From an uncultured virus (IMG/VR IMGVR_UViG_3300013005_000033) (Duplodnaviria; Heunggongvirae; Uroviricota; Caudoviricetes), in the IMG/VR virus record IMGVR_UViG_3300013005_000033, positions 1 through 64,000 of that record: a DNA stretch of 64,000 nt. One strand, 5' to 3'. Numbering within the stretch: the stretch's first letter is position 1; each line of letters starts with the position of its first letter. Both the position numbers and the translations under genes were made by a program. Of this stretch, positions 1 to 9,537 are shown in pieces. The notes beneath the pieces are model-generated. The model had not been told where the DNA came from and ran no database searches. It saw nothing but the letters and a program-made list of their open reading frames with translations.

Positions 1-165
1 CTCAGTGGGTGTCGGAGACTCAGTGGGTGTCGGAGACTCAGTGGGTGTCGGAGACTCAGTGGGTGTCGGAGACTCAGTGGGTGTCGGAGACTCAGTGGGT
101 GTCGGAGACTCAGTGGGTGTCGGCGTAGGGGTATCCGTGGGCGTAGGGGTATCCGTGGGCGTAGA
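1..165. repeat. 18-bp coding tandem repeat GTGGGTGTCGGAGACTCA (at least 6 copies) plus degenerate copies
   Basis: Directly visible; encodes TESPTP on the minus strand. Confidence 0.95.
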
Positions 166-219
166 GTCTAAGCCTAGGCCCCTAACTAAAGGAGCATTTT
201 GATGAGTGCCAGATCGCAT
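1..219 (-). CDS. Pro/Thr-rich repeat protein, 5' part (runs off the window edge)
   Basis: ATG at 219 just after the phoH stop; reads [35 protein letters not shown](TESPTP)n; not in the ORF track. Confidence 0.7.
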   Translation of the reverse strand, partial: MRSGTHQNAPLVRGLGLDSTPTDTPTPTDTPTPTPTESPTPTESPTPTESPTPTESPTPTESPTPTESPTPTE

Positions 220-222
220 AAA

Positions 223-948
223 CTACTCGCCTATTTTGGATAGTATCTTAGAAATCACGGGATTTCTGATTATATCTATGTTCTCTAGCTTGAAAGTGCC
301 GACATCTTGTATGCCTTGAAGTTTATCATGCCAATATGGAAGGCCCGACTTTCCAGACATAAGATCGGACTGTTTGTCATCGCCTACCAAAACGGCTTTG
401 CTATTAAATCCGACTCTTGTAATGAAAAGTTTTATTTGCTCTTGAGTGCAATTTTGAGCTTCATCAAGTATCATGTAGGCATCGTGGTAGTTCATTCCGC
501 GCATATAGGCCAAAGGGGCTATGATTATCTCTTGCGACCCTCTATATCCGGCTCCGTTATTGATAAATTCTTGAAGTTGAGCCTTGGAAAGGTACTGGAG
601 AAGTTCATAATAAATGGGCTGAAGATACGGGTCTATCTTCTCTGAGAAACTTCCTGGGAGATAGCCCAGTTTTTCTCCCGCCTCAACTACCGGCCTGGTG
701 ATGACCAGCCTCTTGTATTCGCCAAGCAAAAGTTTTTCTATGCCGTAGGCGACAGAAATTTTGGTCTTGCCGCACCCAGCCGGACCCATTGCGAGGGTGA
801 CGGTATTCTCGGCTAGTGTTCTTATGAGCTCAGCTTGGTTTTCAGTCTTTGGTTTCAGCCTTGACCTAAACGGCTTGTCTTGATGTTGATTCTGCTGCTG
901 TTGTTGTCTTTGCTTTGGTCTAACGGACTTTTTCTGCTTGTGGCCCAT
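223..948 (-). CDS. phoH: PhoH-like ATPase
   Basis: GPAGCGKT Walker A, TRPVVE, LGYLPG, AYMRG, ILDEAQN, GDxxQSD motifs. Confidence 0.95.
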   Translation of the reverse strand: MGHKQKKSVRPKQRQQQQQNQHQDKPFRSRLKPKTENQAELIRTLAENTVTLAMGPAGCGKTKISVAYGIEKLLLGEYKRLVITRPVVEAGEKLGYLPGSFSEKIDPYLQPIYYELLQYLSKAQLQEFINNGAGYRGSQEIIIAPLAYMRGMNYHDAYMILDEAQNCTQEQIKLFITRVGFNSKAVLVGDDKQSDLMSGKSGLPYWHDKLQGIQDVGTFKLENIDIIRNPVISKILSKIGE

Positions 949-1045
949 TTATCCTCGTTGTTGAAATTATTGAACCTGCTTAGCTACAGAACGCAGAACG
1001 TTTTCAATATATACCCCGGAGAGTCCAAATTACCAGGAAGCCCAG

Positions 1046-1492
1046 ATGAGATTTGCGGAATACTTGAACGAACAAACCGAGTCCGAAAAAGACATCAAAA
1101 GGACAATGAAAAAACTACCCTCCGAGCACGCCAGACTAGTGCGGGGCTACAAAGTGGTTTTTCAGCCTTCGAACTCGCTCAAGGGCGATAAAAAGCACAT
1201 AGGGCTAATAGACGAAAAAAACAAAACCATAACGATATCATCCCCATGGCATTACGGAAGAGAATACACATTGCTTCACGAAATCGGGCACGCAGTTTGG
1301 AAATATTTGGTGAGCGACGAAAAAAAAGAAGAATGGAAAAAAATACTTTCCAAAGTAAAAGCGGAAAACAAAAAAGACTTGAATCAAGATGAAGAGGAAA
1401 TTTTCTGCATGTCGTATGCTCAGTACTATGCTAAAAACAAGATTAAAAAATATGATCACAAAATCCTAGTGGATTTTATATCAGAAATCTAA
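1046..1492 (+). CDS. Zincin-like metallopeptidase
   Basis: LLHEIGH (HExxH) with downstream EE; N-terminus MRFAEYLNE. Confidence 0.65.
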   Translation: MRFAEYLNEQTESEKDIKRTMKKLPSEHARLVRGYKVVFQPSNSLKGDKKHIGLIDEKNKTITISSPWHYGREYTLLHEIGHAVWKYLVSDEKKEEWKKILSKVKAENKKDLNQDEEEIFCMSYAQYYAKNKIKKYDHKILVDFISEI

Positions 1493-1505
1493 TTGTGGAG
1501 AAAAA

Positions 1506-1841
1506 ATGAGCGAAGGAGAAGTATACTGCGTAATCAATCTGGAGAAGTATGCTGAGTACATGAGAAAAAATGCAGCCATTTCTTTCGCAGAGAATTACGA
1601 AGATTCGCTGGATGACTTTGTAACGATACCTCAATCGTGCAACATAATTAAAGAAAATTCAATAGGTCAAGACGAAGAAGGAAGATGTCTTTTAGATGAC
1701 AAAGCCCATGAGAAAATTTCAGAGGCGCTAAGGGTCAGAATATACAATGTCGGCGTATCAAAACTAGCGGCGGAAGGTCACTTGGAGTGTGCTTGGGACG
1801 ATGAAAAAAATGAAATGATCTTCTGGGCGAAAGAAGAGTGA
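1506..1841 (+). CDS. Hypothetical protein
   Basis: ORF preceded by GGAG RBS. Confidence 0.7.
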   Translation: MSEGEVYCVINLEKYAEYMRKNAAISFAENYEDSLDDFVTIPQSCNIIKENSIGQDEEGRCLLDDKAHEKISEALRVRIYNVGVSKLAAEGHLECAWDDEKNEMIFWAKEE

Positions 1842-1866
1842 AATTCGCCCAACAAAATTTTCTTAT

Positions 1867-2595
1867 TTAAATATCTCTGCCCTGTTTTTCCCTGACAACC
1901 TGAGGGATCATTACCATGGCTTGCTCTATAAGCCTCTCATACTCGTTTATGTCCAAAGAAAAGATTCTGTAGTGGTGGGCAATGATGTTCTTCATTATCT
2001 GCGGCTTGAAGCCCTTGTTTTGAGCCTCTACCGTAAAAACAAATGGAGCTCCTATTTGAGGAAGTCTTTCTTCAAAAGGCCCGACCTTTTCCCAACAATT
2101 TCTCGTAACAAGCATGCACCATTCTTGAATAAAGTCAACCTTCTGAGATTGCATATAGTACGACTGAAGTTCCAGCCCTACCAGACCTGAGTTAGAGGAT
2201 TCGGAAACATTAATCAGAAGATCCATCCAAGCAGGATTGGTGATGACGACATCGCAATGAAGGAAAATAAGATACTTGGACTTTTTATTGGCTCTTTCTG
2301 CGCCTTTATTCGCTGCTGCGCTCCAGAACAGATTCTCCTTGTTTTTTATTACTGTGACCTCATTCTTGATATCATCCAAGAAGTCCTGGGAGTCTGCCCC
2401 AGAATTATTGTCTACGACTATTATTTCATAGTTATTGTTCATGCTTGTTACAGCAATTGACTGGAGACATATATTCAGGTACTCCGGTCTGTCTTTGTGA
2501 ACTATGATTATGGAAACTTGCTCATCGCTGTTGCTTTCCAAGTTCAAAGTAAGTTCTGGTCGCTCGCCTTCAAGTGGATTGTGGGGTATCATCAA
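1867..2595 (-). CDS. Glycosyltransferase family 2
   Basis: VSIIIV, EIIVVDNNS, AANKG, LIFLHCDV GT-A motifs. Confidence 0.85.
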   Translation of the reverse strand: MMIPHNPLEGERPELTLNLESNSDEQVSIIIVHKDRPEYLNICLQSIAVTSMNNNYEIIVVDNNSGADSQDFLDDIKNEVTVIKNKENLFWSAAANKGAERANKKSKYLIFLHCDVVITNPAWMDLLINVSESSNSGLVGLELQSYYMQSQKVDFIQEWCMLVTRNCWEKVGPFEERLPQIGAPFVFTVEAQNKGFKPQIMKNIIAHHYRIFSLDINEYERLIEQAMVMIPQVVREKQGRDI

Positions 2596-2764
2596 TATCT
2601 CCTTCGGTTTTGTTCGGAACGGAACTCAAGTCTATTTTAGCTTTGAGGCTATCTATTTGATTATTGGTCGCTGGAAAAAAAACGGAGGATATGGGCGGAC
2701 AAACAGGTCCGATCTCTACAAACCCATCCCCGCACTTAATTTTAATCACCTTGTCGTCAATCAT
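2570..2764 (-). CDS. Hypothetical protein
   Basis: Operon-packed ORF. Confidence 0.5.
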   Translation of the reverse strand: MIDDKVIKIKCGDGFVEIGPVCPPISSVFFPATNNQIDSLKAKIDLSSVPNKTEGDIDDTPQST

Positions 2765-2999
2765 TGTCTACCTCTATTTCAAAAACACCAGCCTCTAGTT
2801 GGCAAGTGGCATCCCCTTGGGGCGTGGATATAATCTTTGGCTTCCACTTTCCGTCTTCGGTCACAAACTGCGCCTTGAGGGTCTTCAAAAAAGAGTCTGC
2901 CTTTTGTGCAGACTTAAATGCTTTTTCAGTTTTTATGAAAACATATTCTCCATCAACTTGTCTCCCTACAGTGACCACGGCGTATAACTTGTCCATCAT
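2757..2999 (-). CDS. Hypothetical protein
   Basis: Start overlaps the upstream stop codon. Confidence 0.6.
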   Translation of the reverse strand: MMDKLYAVVTVGRQVDGEYVFIKTEKAFKSAQKADSFLKTLKAQFVTEDGKWKPKIISTPQGDATCQLEAGVFEIEVDND

Positions 3000-3445
3000 T
3001 CTTTCACTATCCATTCAAAGAAGTAAATAGGCTCTATCCACATTTTAGCAATTTTTTGCTTGTGTCGCAACATGATTTTGCTGCCCGAGTTAAAGACCTT
3101 AAGCTTAAAACGCTTAGATTCTAAAGTTTCCACAAACAAGCCAGGAACCAAACTTGAAACACAACACTTGTATCCGACGGGAATCTTCAAAGAAAATCCG
3201 CAATCAAAAGTGTGAGACCCCGACTCCGAAAGCAAAACCTCTTTTTCCGGTATGTTTGCAATCAATTCGGCCTTGCCGGCCTGCTCGAGGGAATGTTTCG
3301 GAATGAACTCTTCCTCGTCGCTTTCTATGCACACAGCAACTTTCTTGACATCTAAATAGATATAGTTAGAGGCGGGACTATGCGGCAGTTTTGACGAAAC
3401 TTTGATTTTGTGCTCAGAAGACCAACTATCTTTCTTTTGTTCCAT
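2996..3445 (-). CDS. Degenerate trimeric dUTPase-like protein
   Basis: DCGFSLKIPVGY and VFNSG..LRHKQKIAKM resemble the dUTPase fold; RSG and GxIDxDY motifs absent. Confidence 0.5.
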   Translation of the reverse strand: MEQKKDSWSSEHKIKVSSKLPHSPASNYIYLDVKKVAVCIESDEEEFIPKHSLEQAGKAELIANIPEKEVLLSESGSHTFDCGFSLKIPVGYKCCVSSLVPGLFVETLESKRFKLKVFNSGSKIMLRHKQKIAKMWIEPIYFFEWIVKE

Positions 3446-3453
3446 ATTTTAAT

Positions 3454-3702
3454 TCAAGGCTTCAAGTATTTCTGGTAGTTGGATCTAAAGTACGAGAGCG
3501 ATCCATTAGGTATAGAACGGGCTGTTTTTGAAAGATGGGCCTTGTCATTGGATCCTACATTCAAGTTTTTGATGAACAATAATATGTCATCTAAAGTGGG
3601 ATTGTCATACCTAGGATTTCTAACTATTCTTCTTTTGTCTTTGCCAGTGTCCGGCCTCTTCATGTGACCTACACTAAAATTTATTCCCTCCGCGTCCATC
3701 AA
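3454..3702 (-). CDS. Hypothetical protein
   Basis: Operon-packed ORF. Confidence 0.55.
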   Translation of the reverse strand: MMDAEGINFSVGHMKRPDTGKDKRRIVRNPRYDNPTLDDILLFIKNLNVGSNDKAHLSKTARSIPNGSLSYFRSNYQKYLKP

Positions 3703-3971
3703 ACTCTCCTGAAAATGTGTTTGTTGTTTTCTTCGGAAAGTTTTTGCTCGGTCCGAAGCACTTCCCGTATTTTGTCGTGCGGCATATTAAAAGCAGAATT
3801 GGCCTGCTGTTTAAACAAGGCAGAAATGATCTGCGCTGTTGAGTCTTGATCTAATTCGCACCCGTCAAGACAATAAGCCTTCTGATTCTCTACATCCAAG
3901 AACGCTATCATTTCTCCGGATTCTAAAGACGCCCTGACGGCCATGAGCATATTGACCAATGTTTTCACCAA
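3699..3971 (-). CDS. Hypothetical protein
   Basis: Operon-packed ORF with AAGGA RBS. Confidence 0.6.
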   Translation of the reverse strand: MVKTLVNMLMAVRASLESGEMIAFLDVENQKAYCLDGCELDQDSTAQIISALFKQQANSAFNMPHDKIREVLRTEQKLSEENNKHIFRRV

Positions 3972-4006
3972 TCCTTTGTTTTGAAGCCTAAGCGATATAT
4001 AAGAGT

Positions 4007-4441
4007 ATGAACTTCAGACAATTCTTAGAGCACAACCCGCTTAAGATATATTTCCCCTCAAAAGGAAACACAGTCGGAATGCACAACGACGGCAATAGGG
4101 ACGGGTCTGTTGGGTCTTTTTTGCCCTCGACATGGACAGGGAGCGAAGACTTGGGAGTGTATGGGTATGGGATGCCAGGGACCGACATACAGCTGCCCAC
4201 CGTTTCGGTAGAATCTGCGATTCGCTCAATAGAAGGCTACGATCCGAAGCCTGGGGGGAAGTGCAAAGATCCGATATGGATTACAATGATGAATGGAACT
4301 AGGTTCAGCGTGCCTCGTAAATATTTCAGAGCAAACTACAAAGGAATCAAGGAAGGAGATAAGCTAAAAATCGTTTTCCGCAGAAATCCAGGCTATACCG
4401 GCGAAGAAGCATCAAGAATAATACAAGTATCTAAAATTTGA
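4007..4441 (+). CDS. Hypothetical protein, possibly virion-internal
   Basis: MNFRQFLE N-terminus; TATATA at 3996-4001. Confidence 0.65.
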   Translation: MNFRQFLEHNPLKIYFPSKGNTVGMHNDGNRDGSVGSFLPSTWTGSEDLGVYGYGMPGTDIQLPTVSVESAIRSIEGYDPKPGGKCKDPIWITMMNGTRFSVPRKYFRANYKGIKEGDKLKIVFRRNPGYTGEEASRIIQVSKI

Positions 4442-4444
4442 ACA

Positions 4445-4648
4445 CTACTCAAAGTTGGAGGTAGGCCTCTTCGGGGGGACCTTGTCGGGGTCAAAACCAG
4501 GATCATAAGGGCCCGGAACATATTCTCTCTTCAATGTTTCTATTACTCTATCGGCAACCTTTTTGGTTAAAAAAAGGTTATTTACAAAGAGCACTCCGAT
4601 AAGTGCTGTGAGGATAATCGCCAACATTTTCAACTGTTCTTTATTCAC
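4445..4648 (-). CDS. Small membrane protein
   Basis: N-terminal hydrophobic helix; AAGGAG RBS. Confidence 0.65.
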   Translation of the reverse strand: MNKEQLKMLAIILTALIGVLFVNNLFLTKKVADRVIETLKREYVPGPYDPGFDPDKVPPKRPTSNFE

Positions 4649-4673
4649 AATAATTCTCCTTGGTGTAAAATAG

Positions 4674-5672
4674 TTAGTTCTTATCCATTTCTAAAAGACG
4701 AGATAACATTCTCTCATGAGACTTGCTTATTTCTTTAGGCATTTTTAATCTAGCTTCCACCAACAAGTCTCCCTTTATGCTTGGATTACGAATTGATGGC
4801 ATTCCTTGACCCTTGACTCGCAACCTCGTTCCGGCCATTGTCCTCGGGGGTATTCTTATCGATAGTTTCGTTCCGAATATATCGTAGGAAATTTCACCTC
4901 CCAGCACGAGAACGGAATATGGAACATTGACATGTCCGACAAGAAAATTGCCGTCCCTGGAGAGGGAATCGTCTTTTTCCACATTTACCACAACAAACAA
5001 ATCATTTCCATCCGCCGCAGCACCGGCCATTCGAATTTGGGTAGCATCCTCTACGCCAGCCGGTATTTTCACCTCTACTTCTTTGACAAAATCAACCAAA
5101 AATCCATTGCCGACGCACTCCTCGCATTTCTTAGCAGGGACTGAGCCCCGGCCCAAGCATACAGAACAAGAAGTTTGAATCCTCAAAGGCCCATTGTTTG
5201 AAAACACAAAGCCTTTGCCCGAGCAGCTGCCGCAAGCATCCCAAGAGGTCGAGCCTGTTCCTTTGCAAGAATCACAAGACTTTCTCTTTTCGGTCTTGAC
5301 ACTCTTTGTGGTGCCTAAATAGGCTTCCTTGAGGGAAACCTTCACCCTGACCTTTGATCCTCCCAAGGCTGACTTTTGATCACCAAAAAAATGATGAAAG
5401 ATGTTGTCAAAAACATCGTCCACGGAGTTTCTGCTCCTGAAGCTGAAACTTGGGGCGCTTGAGCCTCCAAAAAAGTCAAACTTTTTGCGCCTTTGCTCAT
5501 CCCCTATCAACTCAAAGGCGGCCGAGATCTCTTTGAACTTCTCGGCCGCCTCGGCTGTATTTTCCGGATTCTTATCGGGATGATATTTGGCCGCCAAAGA
5601 CCTGTACGCCTTGGCTATCTGATCTTGAGAGGCGTCTCTGCTTACTCCCAAAACAAGGTATGGATCCATCAT
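4674..5672 (-). CDS. dnaJ: DnaJ chaperone
   Basis: J domain with YHPDKN, four CxxCxGxG repeats, C-terminal GDL. Confidence 0.95.
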   Translation of the reverse strand: MMDPYLVLGVSRDASQDQIAKAYRSLAAKYHPDKNPENTAEAAEKFKEISAAFELIGDEQRRKKFDFFGGSSAPSFSFRSRNSVDDVFDNIFHHFFGDQKSALGGSKVRVKVSLKEAYLGTTKSVKTEKRKSCDSCKGTGSTSWDACGSCSGKGFVFSNNGPLRIQTSCSVCLGRGSVPAKKCEECVGNGFLVDFVKEVEVKIPAGVEDATQIRMAGAAADGNDLFVVVNVEKDDSLSRDGNFLVGHVNVPYSVLVLGGEISYDIFGTKLSIRIPPRTMAGTRLRVKGQGMPSIRNPSIKGDLLVEARLKMPKEISKSHERMLSRLLEMDKN

Positions 5673-6031
5673 CCTTCCAAAAACACTGCCTTTATCTGGA
5701 TGGGTTCAACCAAAATCCAAGGCCTGTGCGGATTCTTACGCTGCAGCTTCTGACCTTCGGGCAGAGGCGTATAATTTCCGTGAAGGGTGACTCTGTCGCC
5801 CTCCTTGAATCCCCAGTCAGAAGCGACCTTGGGACCAAGCTTGATTACATAACCTTGGGGGGCTCCATTTACAGAAGCGGACGAATCTATCTGGAGGACG
5901 GTTCCAAGCGCCTCTTGAGCAGTAAGAAGCTCAACGAGCACCTGCGATCCGCAAGGGTTGACATCAACCACTCCCGGAACTCTTGTAGCACTTTCTCCAT
6001 CCGCTCCCAAAATCGTCGTATTTTTAGCCAT
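5669..6031 (-). CDS. groES: GroES-like co-chaperonin
   Basis: PCGSQVLVE, GYVIKLGP, KEGDRV, IKAV pattern of Cpn10. Confidence 0.7.
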   Translation of the reverse strand: MAKNTTILGADGESATRVPGVVDVNPCGSQVLVELLTAQEALGTVLQIDSSASVNGAPQGYVIKLGPKVASDWGFKEGDRVTLHGNYTPLPEGQKLQRKNPHRPWILVEPIQIKAVFLEG

Positions 6032-6057
6032 TTTTTTCCTTTATGAGTTTTGGTTCT

Positions 6058-6237
6058 TCAACTATCATAGTGTTGCTTTTCAAAAAGCATCAAATTCTTT
6101 CTTGGAAGGTTTTCAAATAGTTTCAATTGTTTGTCTTTGCATGATCTCTCATCTACGCTCTTCCTATCTCTGCAAATAAAGCAACGATCATCATCACAAT
6201 CAGAAACAACCCCTCCACAGCGAACACAATTGATCAT
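6058..6237 (-). CDS. Small Zn-ribbon protein
   Basis: MINCVRCGG..CFIC; start after GGAAA RBS. Confidence 0.5.
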   Translation of the reverse strand: MINCVRCGGVVSDCDDDRCFICRDRKSVDERSCKDKQLKLFENLPRKNLMLFEKQHYDS

Positions 6238-6254
6238 TCGAGTTTCCTTTTCAA

Positions 6255-6602
6255 TCACGAGCAAGATCCCTTGGAGCATCCACAACCCGTTTTGACATTC
6301 GGGTTGTTGAAAACAAATCCTTTCTGATCGTCCTCGTCCTTCCAATCAATCATCACTCCGTCCAAATAAAAGGCAGACCTCTTATCTACGACCAGCTTCA
6401 TTCCGTCATAATCCTCGATAATGTCGCGACTTGCGTCAAAATCTTCTTTGTCCACAAAGAACAAACTATATTTGAATCCGGAACAGCCGCCTCCTTGCAC
6501 AGAAACCCTAACCAGATCATTTTGGTTTGAATTCTCTAGCAAGGCCTTCTTGAATTCATTGATGGCCGAGTCCGCGATCTTAAAATCTATATCAATTTTC
6601 AT
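6255..6602 (-). CDS. iscA: A-type Fe-S cluster carrier (IscA/ErpA/HesB family)
   Basis: GGGCSGFKY, GFVFNNPN, CGC motifs. Confidence 0.92.
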   Translation of the reverse strand: MKIDIDFKIADSAINEFKKALLENSNQNDLVRVSVQGGGCSGFKYSLFFVDKEDFDASRDIIEDYDGMKLVVDKRSAFYLDGVMIDWKDEDDQKGFVFNNPNVKTGCGCSKGSCS

Positions 6603-7137
6603 CTTGATCCTTAATTTCTTTTGGTTCTATAAGGCAAAAAATATTTCTTCCTTCCATTTTGGGCTTACTGACGATCTCCCCAAAATCTTTCAATCTTTCC
6701 ACAAAAGAGCCAATAACATCAAACCCTATTCCTTGATGAGCCATTTCCCTCCTCTTGAATTCAAGCTTCACGCTGACCTTCTGGCCGGAGGAAAGAAACT
6801 TGACCGCAGATTTGGCTTTCGTCTCTATGTCATGCTCTTGAATAGATGGGGAAAGATGGATCTCCTTAGTCTGTGTGTTCTTCTGGTGCTTTTTGCGCTG
6901 CTTTTTCTCCTTGACAGCTTGGTTGAATTTGAATTTTCCAAAATCCATTATTCTACAAACCGGCGGCCGGCTGTTGGGTGATATTTCCACGAGATCCAGG
7001 CCAACATCCAAGGCCAAGCCCTTCGCACTCTGGAGAGGCATCGCGCCCATGTTTTTGCCGTCTTGATCGATCACTATTACGGGTGACAACTTTATCATGT
7101 TGTTGACCCTGTAAAACTTTTCGTTTTCTTGTCTCAC
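6592..7137 (-). CDS. infC: Translation initiation factor IF-3
   Basis: LDLVEISPNSRPPVCRIMDFGKFKF, KEI, HDIETK, KMEGR. Confidence 0.95.
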   Translation of the reverse strand: MRQENEKFYRVNNMIKLSPVIVIDQDGKNMGAMPLQSAKGLALDVGLDLVEISPNSRPPVCRIMDFGKFKFNQAVKEKKQRKKHQKNTQTKEIHLSPSIQEHDIETKAKSAVKFLSSGQKVSVKLEFKRREMAHQGIGFDVIGSFVERLKDFGEIVSKPKMEGRNIFCLIEPKEIKDQDEN

Positions 7138-7228
7138 TTTTTAAGCCAACCCCGAGAGATCATGTCGTATTGTAGCCATAGATTGATAATAGTGACAACC
7201 CAAATAAATTAAGAACGATCTATTTCAT

Positions 7229-7921
7229 CTATATTTCAGAGGTTGGCGAATCAACCACACTTATCAGAAAACCTTCGCCAGAAAGCGGGAATCTTTTTGT
7301 CCAATCCACACCGCCGGATGACATCATTATCAACTTGAATTCAAGCCAATAACATCCCGGAAGACTGGTGTGGTTTCCGCTCCACTTGAAAACCAAGAAT
7401 GTATCGGTAAGTTCTGTTGTTACAGTTCCGTCTAATTGCATCAAATCGCTGAATACAGATTCTATCTCGGCTGGCTGGTCTCTGAATCTGAATATCTTAA
7501 GACCATCACCCTTAGACCAAGGTTGGGCGGTCGTTCCTTCATAACCTCTCTCCACAATGATGGACTTTGAGGATTCATCTATTGATGTGACGAGCATTTT
7601 TTCTGGGTTTCTTGGGCGATTCGTAGAAATCACATCGCCCACAAGAACACTGTTAAACCCGATGCTGTCGGCAAAAAGAATGTCAGTGTCGGTCGGAGAG
7701 ATGTTGGCCTTTAGCTTGGCATTGAACCACATGCTTGCCTCAAGAACCAAATTTTCGTCTGTCAAATCCACGACGCCATCACAGTCCGAAACGGCGACCT
7801 TGAAATAAGGCCTTCCGTCATGCCTCTTTATGCAAAGATCGGGGGTTCCAGGGCATCCACTAGAATCTTGACATCTATTCTGCGTAGGGTTGCAGCCAAC
7901 TCCCACTTCTGCGTTATACAT
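7229..7921 (-). CDS. Hypothetical protein, possibly structural (BppU-like N-terminus)
   Basis: IKRHDGRP..VDLT..GCYWLEF..FP pattern; TATATA upstream. Confidence 0.5.
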   Translation of the reverse strand: MYNAEVGVGCNPTQNRCQDSSGCPGTPDLCIKRHDGRPYFKVAVSDCDGVVDLTDENLVLEASMWFNAKLKANISPTDTDILFADSIGFNSVLVGDVISTNRPRNPEKMLVTSIDESSKSIIVERGYEGTTAQPWSKGDGLKIFRFRDQPAEIESVFSDLMQLDGTVTTELTDTFLVFKWSGNHTSLPGCYWLEFKLIMMSSGGVDWTKRFPLSGEGFLISVVDSPTSEI

Positions 7922-7960
7922 GCGGCAAAGCCTCCAAAAATTATATACTGAAAATATGAT

Positions 7961-7990
7961 AAAAAACGGCAGGACCTAAGTCCTGCCGTT
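7961..7990 (-). terminator. Intrinsic terminator
   Basis: AACGGCAGGAC/GTCCTGCCGTT stem followed by a T-run on the minus strand. Confidence 0.75.
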
Positions 7991-8464
7991 CGAATGGGGG
8001 CAAAAATGTGAAAAATCACCTCCTTCAATGCCCTCCAATATGACACTTGCTAAATTAGCTATGCTCATGCTTATTTGCCAATCTTTTTCATCTACGCACT
8101 GACTGGATCTTGGGCCGTACACGACTCTGGTTATGCCAGAATGCGCTATCCTGAGCATACATCTGCTGCACGGGGGGCCAGTCACATAAATGGAACATCC
8201 ATCAAGATCCTTTCTGTCGGCAGTCCATAGACTATTTTCCTCGGCATGAAGAACATAAGAATATTTTGATGGTCTAGACCAATCTATTAGATTGTCATCT
8301 ATTTTTCTGCAACCGCCATTGTATCCTGTGCTTATTACCCTGCGGTGCTCATCTACAAGGACCGCTCCGTGTTGGGTTGAGGGGTCTTTGCTCCTCCTCG
8401 AGACAACATCTGCCATCTGGAGGAAATAAATGTCCCATTCGGGGACTTTTCTAGGTGCAAGCAT
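7976..8464 (-). CDS. dCMP deaminase
   Basis: SKDPST, STGYNG, HAEEN, PCSRC. Confidence 0.93.
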   Translation of the reverse strand: MLAPRKVPEWDIYFLQMADVVSRRSKDPSTQHGAVLVDEHRRVISTGYNGGCRKIDDNLIDWSRPSKYSYVLHAEENSLWTADRKDLDGCSIYVTGPPCSRCMLRIAHSGITRVVYGPRSSQCVDEKDWQISMSIANLASVILEGIEGGDFSHFCPHSNGRT

Positions 8465-8496
8465 TTGAATATTTTAATGCTTGGATCTATCGCAAG

Positions 8497-8946
8497 TCAA
8501 GTCTTATTTTTAGACTTCTTGGATCTAATCTCTTCCTTTTTGGAGGGATCCTTTTTCTCGCTCTCCTTATCTCCATCAAGATCTTTGTTTTTGATGGGGG
8601 AATTGTCTTTTTTTTGCTTGTTGTCTTCTGCTTTCTGTCTCTTGGAACCATTTATGGCCCCAAGCCTCTTCAAGTCCTTTTCCAACTCCTCCACGGATCG
8701 AACGAAAACATCTATTGATTTGTTTTGAGGCGCGTTATCGCCCTTCTTTTTGCCGCTCTTCCTTTTTTTACGACGCTTTTTCTTGGCGAGCAGTTTCTTC
8801 TGTTGCCATTCCGGGGCGGTTGAATGGCTGTTTATTGAGGCCGAAGGAATAGGAGGCATAAGACCCAAGGCAGAAGCATTTCTTAGCCTCGTGGCGGGGC
8901 TGGACTCCCTGGCTATTATCCAATCGCAAAATTTGACAAAACTCAT
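8497..8946 (-). CDS. Lys-rich basic protein
   Basis: KKKRRKKRKSGKKK tract; N-terminus MSFVKFCDWIIARE; TAGATA upstream. Confidence 0.65.
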   Translation of the reverse strand: MSFVKFCDWIIARESSPATRLRNASALGLMPPIPSASINSHSTAPEWQQKKLLAKKKRRKKRKSGKKKGDNAPQNKSIDVFVRSVEELEKDLKRLGAINGSKRQKAEDNKQKKDNSPIKNKDLDGDKESEKKDPSKKEEIRSKKSKNKT

Positions 8947-8954
8947 GAAAATAT

Positions 8955-9137
8955 CTAGAGGAAAGACTCAAATTTTGAAACGCACAAAATCATCTCGGAT
9001 TCCAAAGACTCTATCGACTTGAACACTTCGGGAGCCGATTCCGGGTCTCTTTTTAATTTTTCTCTTAGAATTTTTGCCTTCATGCAAATTTCAGACATCA
9101 TCCCAAGCAAAACAGATCTTTTTTCTCTCTTTTTCAA
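8955..9137 (-). CDS. Hypothetical protein
   Basis: Short ORF with GGAG RBS. Confidence 0.5.
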   Translation of the reverse strand: MKKREKRSVLLGMMSEICMKAKILREKLKRDPESAPEVFKSIESLESEMILCVSKFESFL

Positions 9138-9176
9138 TTATCTTATGCTCCCGTAAAACACTATTATAGTGGGAAA

Positions 9177-9482
9177 ATGAAGATAACAGACAGAGATCTG
9201 AAATTTACATCTGAATTTCTAGAGGAGCCCGTTCCGCAAGATCAATCTTGGCGGCTTAAATACTTTAAAACAAGTATAAGGAACGACTTCTTAAGGTATT
9301 TCATGACATTCGGAAATTCCATAAGGTTTCGCGAACATACAGGTTTTTGTTGCTCGGAACGATATGTAAAAAAGATGAAGAGCGACTTGCTCATTTTGGA
9401 GAAAAAATACGCCTCGGCAAAAAGAGAATTAGACTTTGAGCTTGTGGCGGAGATAGAAATGGGCATGCTGAAACTATCATAG
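9177..9482 (+). CDS. Hypothetical protein
   Basis: ORF divergent from the 9137 gene. Confidence 0.6.
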   Translation: MKITDRDLKFTSEFLEEPVPQDQSWRLKYFKTSIRNDFLRYFMTFGNSIRFREHTGFCCSERYVKKMKSDLLILEKKYASAKRELDFELVAEIEMGMLKLS

Positions 9483-9537
9483 AATGTGCCGGTTCTGGAT
9501 GAATGGGAATTCATGAGTATATGAAAGAGAAAGAGAG

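Noticed and set aside
5..202. Plus-strand ORF of VGVGDS repeats
   Set aside because: Antisense shadow of the minus-strand TESPTP gene, which starts right after phoH.
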